Origin: Amoebidium appalachense
Taxonomy: Eukaryota; Protista; Ichthyosporea
DNA length: 64,000 nt
Direction of reading: 5' to 3'
Assembly: GCA_963693365.1 (NCBI GenBank)
Contig: CAVNZM010000016.1
Span: 334,095-398,094, forward strand
The position numbers and the translations under genes were made by a program. The notes under the pieces were generated by a model. The model did not search any database, was not told where the DNA came from, and saw only the letters and a program-made list of their open reading frames with translations. Below are positions 57,084 to 64,000 of the stretch, piece by piece (position 1 is the stretch's first letter; each line of letters starts with the position of its first letter).

Positions 57084-57338
57084 ATGACTTCTCCGAACAT
57101 TGCAAACCTGAGATTTGACAACCCGAGTAACTCGAGAGTGCGCAGGGATGACATTGCCGCCGACCCGCACGAGTACCACCTGACCATCGACAACAACACG
57201 CGCTTCATGCTCTACATGGGCACTTCATTGGACGACCATGATGCACAGCTCAAGAGGGCTTCGATGTGGAGGGGCATAGCGCTTGCATGCATGGTGCTGC
57301 TCGTGCTGCTCGCTGGCGTGCTGGTGTACAGGTGGTAG
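57084..57338 (+). CDS. Small tail-anchored membrane protein
   Basis: C-terminal hydrophobic helix GIALACMVLLVLLAGVLVY. Confidence 0.6.
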   Translation: MTSPNIANLRFDNPSNSRVRRDDIAADPHEYHLTIDNNTRFMLYMGTSLDDHDAQLKRASMWRGIALACMVLLVLLAGVLVYRW

Positions 57339-57391
57339 GGGGGGGGGGGGGGGGGGGGGGCCCACATTCATTTTCTACCCTTTCTTTAGCA

Positions 57392-57829
57392 ATGGCTGAA
57401 CCATGCAGACCCCCACACAAGAGAGTATTTCCATGCACCGACTGTGCCCAAACGTTCACCACAAACGCAAACATGAAAAGACACCGTGCCGCAACACACT
57501 CCGAGAAACGCCCTTACACGTGCCCCCATGAAGGCTGCTTTGCTACCTTTACCCGCAGCGATTACATGAAGCTGCATGTGCGAATGCATACCGGTGAGCG
57601 GCCATACGTCTGTGACACGTGCCCGGCCGACTTCCCGTACCCTGCCGCACTGTGGTGGCACCGGCGCTTAGTCCACAAGGAAAACAAGACGCCAAAACAG
57701 CCTGTGCGGAACACCCTCAGGTGTCCGTCTGTGGGCTGTACATCTGCGTTCAACCGGTCGGCTGCGCTCAACTGCCATGTCAGAGCCGCGCACCCCGAGC
57801 TGGTGGGTTCAGCATCCGAGCCGATATAA
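57392..57829 (+). CDS. C2H2 zinc-finger protein (4 fingers)
   Basis: CxxC..HxxxxH fingers with SEKRPY and TGERPY linkers. Confidence 0.9.
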   Translation: MAEPCRPPHKRVFPCTDCAQTFTTNANMKRHRAATHSEKRPYTCPHEGCFATFTRSDYMKLHVRMHTGERPYVCDTCPADFPYPAALWWHRRLVHKENKTPKQPVRNTLRCPSVGCTSAFNRSAALNCHVRAAHPELVGSASEPI

Positions 57830-57890
57830 ATACCCCAAACACAAGGCGACACCCGTCAGATATTATCTAACCATATATACAACGGACAAC

Positions 57891-58385
57891 ATGGAAGATC
57901 TGTACATGAAGATAGCAACGGGTATGTCCGAGAACGAGCAGCTCAAGCTTGCAGCATACGAGGAGTTTGAGAGGACAACAGGCACTCGCAACAACTGGTT
58001 GGACGCGGACATCGTTGAGCAACACGAGTGGACGGAGGAGCAGATTCATACGTTCTGCCGTACTCTGGTGGCATATTCCCACCCGGACGGTGCGTACATC
58101 TTCAAGCGTTTCAAGGATGGGAGATTCGTCTTCGAGATCAAGTCGAAGAAGAATGTGGCCGACATGCTGTCCAAGTACAAGTTCAAATACAACCCGACAG
58201 GCAAGAAGATAAAGATATACAAGGGATCGTGGCACTTGGACAGCAGTCATATGGTCGTTTACCACGGTGGCATCGTCTTCGACCGCAACGACCCCGATCC
58301 CGAGACTGGCGTTCGCAACCCGCGTTACACGTCTACCCATAGCCGGACGTTCAACATTTTCCAGGGCGACGCATCGAAAAATTGA
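57891..58385 (+). CDS. Stand-alone paralog of the helicase N-terminal domain
   Basis: IVFDRNDPDPETGVRNP..FNIFQG matches IIFDPADPDPKTGKRKP..YNIYRG of the next ORF; TATAAA at ~57825. Confidence 0.75.
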   Translation: MEDLYMKIATGMSENEQLKLAAYEEFERTTGTRNNWLDADIVEQHEWTEEQIHTFCRTLVAYSHPDGAYIFKRFKDGRFVFEIKSKKNVADMLSKYKFKYNPTGKKIKIYKGSWHLDSSHMVVYHGGIVFDRNDPDPETGVRNPRYTSTHSRTFNIFQGDASKN

Positions 58386-58490
58386 GAGTTTTCTGGACCC
58401 GGCAGCCCCAACCCCAAGGGTATAAAAGGCAGAAAATTCAGTATTTTCCAGCAGTGTCCCTGCGTAAATATTTTCTCAGCAATACTAATA

Positions 58491-60017
58491 ATGCAGACAC
58501 ACCAACAAACTGGACAAGAGACAATGTTTGGCATCGATCAAGAGCGTATCAGAAAGAGAAGCAAAGAGCGCTTTGAAGCATTTGAGTATCTCGGGGCTGA
58601 TGCCTATAAGGGGCTGATGATGAACCCAGCGACCTGCGAATTCAGAGAGTGGGCGAGAGAGGAGGTGGAGGAATTCATAGGCGCCAATGTTGCACACATC
58701 AGCGGGACAACTCTATTTGTCCTGAAAACATTTGACCATGAGATCAAACAGCATGTTGCAACGATCGTCAGCAAGCAGGAAATCTATGCAACACTTTCAC
58801 TCTTTTCATTTCGGCAGCCAAACATGAAGGTTGGAAAACAATGGAAGCCCCAACCTCCAATTAATGGGACAGAAATCTTAAAAACAACCGCAATCCCCAT
58901 CTACACCAAGATCATCTTTGACCCAGCTGATCCTGACCCCAAAACCGGAAAACGAAAGCCAGACAATACCGATTCGGTCTATCGTCCATACAATATCTAT
59001 CGAGGACTCCGTTTCAATTTTGACCCAGAGTACTGTCTGCGTCAAGACCTGACCAGCTCGTTCCACGAGCATGCCAGAAGGGTTCTGTGCAACAACCGGG
59101 AAGACGAGTACAGTTATCTGCGGATGTGGGTTGCCCACCTGTTTCAGTACCCTGGAAGCAAACCAGGTACAGCACTGCTGTTTGTATCTGAACAAGGAAC
59201 CGGAAAGAACGTGTGGTGGCAGGCAATCATGGACATCCTTTCACCAGAGTACTACGCCTATGTCATTCACCGGGAGCACATGTCGGGAAAGTTCAACCAG
59301 CACATTGCAAACAAACTTCTTGTGCTGTGCGACGAGGTGACGTGGGGTGGTTCACACGAAACTAACAACTTAATGAAGGCGCGCATTACACAGCCCACCA
59401 TGATGTTGGAGAAGAAAGGATGTGATGCAATCAACACCAACTCGTATGAGCGATATGTTGTCTTGTCTAACGAAGATTGGCCTGTACGTGTGGAGACCAG
59501 TGATAGGCGATGGGCATGTTTTGGGGTCAGTCCGGAACGGATTGGTGACCACAAAGACTTCGAGGCCTTTGTGGAGTATCACAGACGTCCTGACGTATTG
59601 GCAGCAATTTACCACGACTTCATGAACATGCCAGACATCCCCCAAACAATGCCCAGGCCTATGGATAACGACACAAAGATGAACATCAAATCGATTAGCC
59701 GGAGCGACGAGGCTCAATTTCTCAAGGACCTCATCTCTCACACAAATGGCTGTGAGGAGTTTGACTTCATTTACAGCGGCTGTGCTGTTACCCCTACAGG
59801 CCTGTTTCAGCTGTACCAAGCTTGGCACAAGATCAATGCCCGAGACACAAAACTGCCAAGCAACCGGACTTTTGGGATGGCTATCAGGAAAATTCTGGGC
59901 AAGCCGAAGACTACACTGGAAGCAAACATCTGCAGATGGCCATACCACCCCCCAACCGGTACCAGCGCGAAGGCAGATTGCTATATATTATGCCCAAGAG
60001 CCATTGCTAAGGCTTGA
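58491..60017 (+). CDS. SF3/D5-like (DUF5906/NrS-1-type) helicase with a C-terminal winged-helix-like domain
   Basis: Walker A SEQGTGKN, Walker B LVLCDE, EKKG, sensor VLSN, Arg finger DRR; TATAAAA at 58421. Confidence 0.88.
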   Translation: MQTHQQTGQETMFGIDQERIRKRSKERFEAFEYLGADAYKGLMMNPATCEFREWAREEVEEFIGANVAHISGTTLFVLKTFDHEIKQHVATIVSKQEIYATLSLFSFRQPNMKVGKQWKPQPPINGTEILKTTAIPIYTKIIFDPADPDPKTGKRKPDNTDSVYRPYNIYRGLRFNFDPEYCLRQDLTSSFHEHARRVLCNNREDEYSYLRMWVAHLFQYPGSKPGTALLFVSEQGTGKNVWWQAIMDILSPEYYAYVIHREHMSGKFNQHIANKLLVLCDEVTWGGSHETNNLMKARITQPTMMLEKKGCDAINTNSYERYVVLSNEDWPVRVETSDRRWACFGVSPERIGDHKDFEAFVEYHRRPDVLAAIYHDFMNMPDIPQTMPRPMDNDTKMNIKSISRSDEAQFLKDLISHTNGCEEFDFIYSGCAVTPTGLFQLYQAWHKINARDTKLPSNRTFGMAIRKILGKPKTTLEANICRWPYHPPTGTSAKADCYILCPRAIAKA

Positions 60018-60021
60018 ACAA

Positions 60022-60186
60022 TTCTCCCGATATCTCCAGATCGATCTCCCGATCGAAATCCAACATCGGGAGATATCGGGAGATAATGATTGGTTAAAAG
60101 TCACGTAACTTTGCAGTTTTTCTAATTGATTTCTTACTGCTTCTATATAAGGTTATTTTATCGGGAGAATCGGGAGGTCGGGAGAG
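60022..60186. promoter_or_regulatory. Iteron cluster with an AT-rich spacer (candidate replication origin)
   Basis: CTCCCGA x3 (one with a mismatch) then TCGGGAG x5; AT-rich ~60085-60160. Confidence 0.6.
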
Positions 60187-60330
60187 GGTTTGAGCTAAGG
60201 GGAGGTCAAAAAACGGAGCCATTTGATTGGAGGATAGGGTGTTTTGGGGGTTGCGATAATCGACATCAGAGAACCCCCGATCAGTCCAGATGGTTAATAT
60301 TTTTTTTTTATCCAGAGTTTACAGTGAAAC

Positions 60331-60801
60331 ATGGAGGCGCAACTAGCCTTTGTGTGTGATTGGGAGACTTGTAAAATGCCTTTTGATAGTAATGCAGCAC
60401 TCAGGCGACACACTCTCACACACCTGGGTCACCGTCCTCATGTCTGTTCGTGGCCAGGGTGCATAAGAAGATTTACACAGAAACACTCGTTCGAGGTTCA
60501 CTATCGGCTTCACACGGGGGAAGCACCATACCAATGCAGTTGGGATGGGTGTAAAGCTGTGTTTAGATGTAAAAGCCAACTAAAAATGCACCAGTACAAG
60601 CACACAGATGCAAGAGCATTTAAATGCACATGGGATGGTTGTGAAGCCAACTTTAATAGTAAAGACGCACTCGTAGTGCACATGAATCGCCACACTGGAG
60701 ACCGCCCATACCAATGTAAGGAACCAGGCTGCCAGGTGTCATATCGCCAGCGAGCCAGTCTCTGGTATCACATCCGAAAACACCATGTCGACATCCAATA
60801 A
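60331..60801 (+). CDS. C2H2 zinc-finger protein (5 fingers)
   Basis: CxWxGC..HxxxH fingers with TGEAPY and TGDRPY linkers. Confidence 0.92.
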   Translation: MEAQLAFVCDWETCKMPFDSNAALRRHTLTHLGHRPHVCSWPGCIRRFTQKHSFEVHYRLHTGEAPYQCSWDGCKAVFRCKSQLKMHQYKHTDARAFKCTWDGCEANFNSKDALVVHMNRHTGDRPYQCKEPGCQVSYRQRASLWYHIRKHHVDIQ

Positions 60802-60989
60802 ACGTCAGAGACGAGCAAGCAGGTCTTGCACTTAGTCTGAAAACAGCTTTCAAAGCTACCGCGGCGGGGCATGGGGGGCTGGGGGTGGCTGGGGGTGGCA
60901 CACTAAGCATGGGGCCGGGGAGGACGGGGAGGCACGGTGGCTCACCGGCGGCTCGCTTGGGCTTGATGTTTTTTTTTCTTTGTGCTTAT

Positions 60990-61652
60990 ATGATGGCCGA
61001 CTACGACGAGGCGTCTGTCAGAGACAGACTAGCACAAATAGAAGGGGGGACTACCGAGGTCTTAACTCCAGCTGGACGAATTGACCTTTTGACGAGCACC
61101 GAAATCATCGAAGTTAAGCGTGCTTCCAAATGGAAGTCCGCCATTGGGCAGGTGCTATCCTATTGGGGGTTCTATCCTAAACATCGTCCAAGAATTCACC
61201 TATTTGATACAGCACCGATCGAGGTGTTCAGAGTGGCAGTTGAGACAATGTCTCGTCTGGGTATACGAGTAACAGTCGAGCAGGATGTAATGGAGCTAAT
61301 GTGGGGGTCACAGGCTTGCCCTCCAAAGTCTGAGATGCAGCCAGTTGTATGTGATCTTCCTGAGATTACCCTCTGCCGGGAGGACTACGTGCTGTTTCTC
61401 AAGAGTTTGGTTACCGATGGTGATACTCCACACATCAAGGATGGCACTATCACTGATTCCGCCACCCTTCTACCAATTTTCCAGGTCTGGTGCCAGAAAA
61501 ATGGCAAAGACCACAGCAAGGCTAGTGTCAACACCATGGGCAGGACTCTCAGGCAGGTGCTCGGAGAGCGTGTGAGTGTTTATGTACCTGGGTCAACCAT
61601 AGCAAAAGGATACAGGGTATCCTTTGCAAAAATAAGGGCAATTAGCCAGTGA
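60990..61652 (+). CDS. PD-(D/E)xK nuclease fused to a helicase-type winged-helix-like domain
   Basis: EVLTPAGRIDLLT..IIEVK..WKSAIGQ..Y; the C-terminus resembles that of 58491-60017. Confidence 0.8.
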   Translation: MMADYDEASVRDRLAQIEGGTTEVLTPAGRIDLLTSTEIIEVKRASKWKSAIGQVLSYWGFYPKHRPRIHLFDTAPIEVFRVAVETMSRLGIRVTVEQDVMELMWGSQACPPKSEMQPVVCDLPEITLCREDYVLFLKSLVTDGDTPHIKDGTITDSATLLPIFQVWCQKNGKDHSKASVNTMGRTLRQVLGERVSVYVPGSTIAKGYRVSFAKIRAISQ

Positions 61653-61828
61653 CACTGCGCCCGGGGCTTGGGGGGCTGGGAGTGGCAAGTGGGGCACGGA
61701 AGGACCAGGAGGCGGGCGAGGCACGTGCGCTGGGGGGACACAGGAGCCCCCCCCAGCCACCCCCGGCCACCCCCAGCCACCCAGCCCCCCAGGCCCGGAT
61801 GGGTGGCAGATATGGACTGGACCCGGGT

Positions 61829-62704
61829 TTATTGACGTGCCGCGGCGGCCCAGGCAGCAAACGCCGTGCGGCCATCCGCAAGCGCCCGCGCGACCTTCCC
61901 GGGGTCGACGTCCATGGGCGAACCAAACAGCCTCCGCTCCGGAGCGACCACCACGAGGCGATCTCCGAGGCGGGTGCGGAGGTTGGCAAACTCGGTGGCC
62001 GCTAGCTCGGTGCCCGAGTCACGCTGCAGGGCATAGCAGAGCTCCATGCCCGTTCTTGGCACGGATTCTGCGGGGCAGTGCGCCAGCGAGTCGCACAGCA
62101 CCGTGACGTAGATGCCGTCGAACCCGTCTGCGGCGTCCTCGAGTGCTTTGGTGAGGGGCACCAGCTCGGAGACCCCGCCGTCCAGAAACACGGTGCCGCC
62201 GTACTCCACGGGGGGGACCGCGAGCGGAAGGGCCGAAGACGCGCGCATGCCGACCTGGTACTCGGGCCCCGTGAACCACCGCTCCTTCTTGTTGAGGAAG
62301 TCCCAGGCGACGCAGTGGCAGCGCGTGTAGATGTCCGCGTCGATGCCCTCCAGAAGCGCCGCCGCACGCTCCTGCAGGGTGAAGCGGCTGTACGCCGCCC
62401 CGTACAGCATTGACCCCACAACCGTCCTCCAGCTTTTCGGAAGCAGCGCCATTGCGCCACCCCACGGTTCCACGATGTCCTCCACGCACGTCAGCTTCCC
62501 CAGCTCGCGCGCCAGGTCGTCCAGCCGGTCGGCAACCACGAACGGCGCCACCAGCGCGCCGACGGACGTGCCGTACACCCTGTCGACCTCGTACAGCCCC
62601 GACGCGAGCATCCCCTGCATGAACCCGACTTGGAAGCAGCCCTTGACGCCGCCCCCGGGCAGCAGGATCCGCACACGTGTCCTGGCTTGGGAGGGTGTGT
62701 CCAT
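61829..62704 (-). CDS. Patatin-like phospholipase
   Basis: GGGVKG, GTSVG, ASSALP and DGG motifs. Confidence 0.93.
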   Translation of the reverse strand: MDTPSQARTRVRILLPGGGVKGCFQVGFMQGMLASGLYEVDRVYGTSVGALVAPFVVADRLDDLARELGKLTCVEDIVEPWGGAMALLPKSWRTVVGSMLYGAAYSRFTLQERAAALLEGIDADIYTRCHCVAWDFLNKKERWFTGPEYQVGMRASSALPLAVPPVEYGGTVFLDGGVSELVPLTKALEDAADGFDGIYVTVLCDSLAHCPAESVPRTGMELCYALQRDSGTELAATEFANLRTRLGDRLVVVAPERRLFGSPMDVDPGKVARALADGRTAFAAWAAAARQ

Positions 62705-62736
62705 GTTGATGTAGGGCGCGATAAGAGTTGACGGCT

Positions 62737-63603
62737 TCATTCCAAATCCAGGGCGTTGCACACCGAGACCAGGTTTGCCCTTGCGCAGTCCAGCACGAAG
62801 GCCGCCAGCTCGGAGTAGTCGTGGGGGGGCGGCTGGCTCTGCGCGGCCAGCAGCAGCGAGTGGTAGCGCTCGCGGGAGCTGCGATCTGTGTACAACGAGA
62901 GGGGAACGGCAATATAGGGCGAGAGCAGCACGCTGACCAACAGACGGGCGACGCGCCCGTTGCCGTTGCTGAACGGGTGGATGTAGAGGAACTCCCCGAG
63001 GAAACGGGCGGCGACCTGTATGGCACCGAGAACGTCATTGCAGCCTTGGAGTTCGGTGCGTGTCCTTTCGAACAGACGCTTGAGAGCCTCTTCGATCTTG
63101 AACGGTGCAAGGTACTGATGACTGCAGCCTGCGGGAAGCGCAAAGCGCACCCGATACCGTCCAGCGCTATCGAGCAGCCCGTCCATGACCTTGCGATGGA
63201 CCTCCCTAGCGAGCTCCACCGTAAACGTGCCTGGATCAATCCCCTTCCAAACCCACGGTGTGGGGAACAGCTCGCGAACTGCTAAAACGATGTTTTTCAG
63301 TTTCTTCGATGAGCGCGTGTGTTCGGACGTTTCATCGGGGCAGGAGATCAGCCTCTCAATATGTTCGACTGGGACATTTTCGTTTGTTTCCAGTTCCATC
63401 AGGTGCTTGATGTATAACACTAGGTGGTGCGTTGTGTATCCCTGCATGAACAAAGCGCTGCTCTTGTCGTTATCCAAAAACGTGCGCACCAGGTTGAGGC
63501 AGTGCACAACAGCACCTTCGCTGAGTTGAGACATCACGGTGTTGAACCGACAGATAAAGTACCACAAACTATCAAAATCGACCTTTACCTCACACGGCAA
63601 CAA
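62737..63603 (-). CDS. Fic-domain protein (first ATG at 63534; true start uncertain)
   Basis: HPFSNGNGRVAR Fic motif; upstream AGRYR. Confidence 0.9.
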   Translation of the reverse strand: MLPCEVKVDFDSLWYFICRFNTVMSQLSEGAVVHCLNLVRTFLDNDKSSALFMQGYTTHHLVLYIKHLMELETNENVPVEHIERLISCPDETSEHTRSSKKLKNIVLAVRELFPTPWVWKGIDPGTFTVELAREVHRKVMDGLLDSAGRYRVRFALPAGCSHQYLAPFKIEEALKRLFERTRTELQGCNDVLGAIQVAARFLGEFLYIHPFSNGNGRVARLLVSVLLSPYIAVPLSLYTDRSSRERYHSLLLAAQSQPPPHDYSELAAFVLDCARANLVSVCNALDLE

Positions 63604-64000
63604 CCCGGCCCATATCCACCTGCGCGTTCACCACCCTGTTCTCCTGCCCCCCGCCCCCTACCCAGTCCACCGATTTCTCCACAAACCAGAGAGAACACGG
63701 CAGTGCCCATGAACGTTTGGCCCGCATTTTGCTAGAGAACAGCATCGCCGGTCCCCACCATGTCTCCCGGAACCCAAGAGAACACCATGGCATCCCCAAC
63801 CATGTCTCCCGGATCCTTGGAGAACAGGTGCCGGGGATGGACCCTGTTCGCCGATTGCTTTTTCCTAGGAGAGGGGCCTGGGGGGCTGGGAGGGGCGCGC
63901 AGGACCACGGAGCCCGAAAGCCCGACCCAACTGGCGCGGGCGTGGGGGCTCGGGAGGCATGTGAGGCATGCAAGGGCGGGAGACACAGCGGGCTCACGGG

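Larger units (their letters stand above)
46951..64000. mobile_element. Endogenous virus-like DNA element; left end at the palindrome, continuing past the window
   Basis: Abrupt switch to compact, transposon-free ORFs: SF3 helicase, nucleases, patatin, Fic and zinc fingers; subterminal tandem arrays. Confidence 0.75.

Noticed and set aside
62019-63285. Long overlapping alternative ORFs
   Set aside because: GC-rich shadows of the patatin and Fic genes.
46951-64000. Firm assignment as Polinton, adintovirus or NCLDV
   Set aside because: No capsid, DNA polymerase, packaging ATPase or integrase is visible in the window, and the genes present are shared by several groups.

Overview
Eukaryotic, repeat-dense DNA with two distinct parts; the host is not identifiable from the sequence alone. 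(1) Bases 1-46950 are a deep stack of nested transposons. They include three Ty1/copia elements, a 25.8-kb chromodomain-bearing Ty3/gypsy element, an Ngaro-type tyrosine-recombinase (YR) retroelement and two copies of a second YR family with one fused RT-RNaseH-YR ORF. There are also two TRIMs (one carries a tRNA gene in each LTR), a solo LTR, a CACTG DNA transposon, a P-element-like remnant and a ~750-bp tandem repeat. (2) From 46951 to the window end is a compact, apparently intron-poor, virus-like element. It starts with a perfect 387-bp palindrome followed by tandem-repeat arrays. It encodes coiled-coil proteins with SUMO-interacting-like motifs, an 11x18-aa Cys/His repeat protein fused to a nuclease, two C2H2 zinc-finger proteins, an SF3 helicase with an adjacent iteron/AT-rich origin-like site, a second nuclease, a patatin and a Fic protein. 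No capsid, polymerase or integrase gene is visible in this window. The top candidates for novelty are the putative hairpin-ended integrated element, the YR family with long flanking duplications and a twin-priming-like inversion, and the tRNA-LTR TRIM. All coordinates and motif calls were read by eye; no searches were run.
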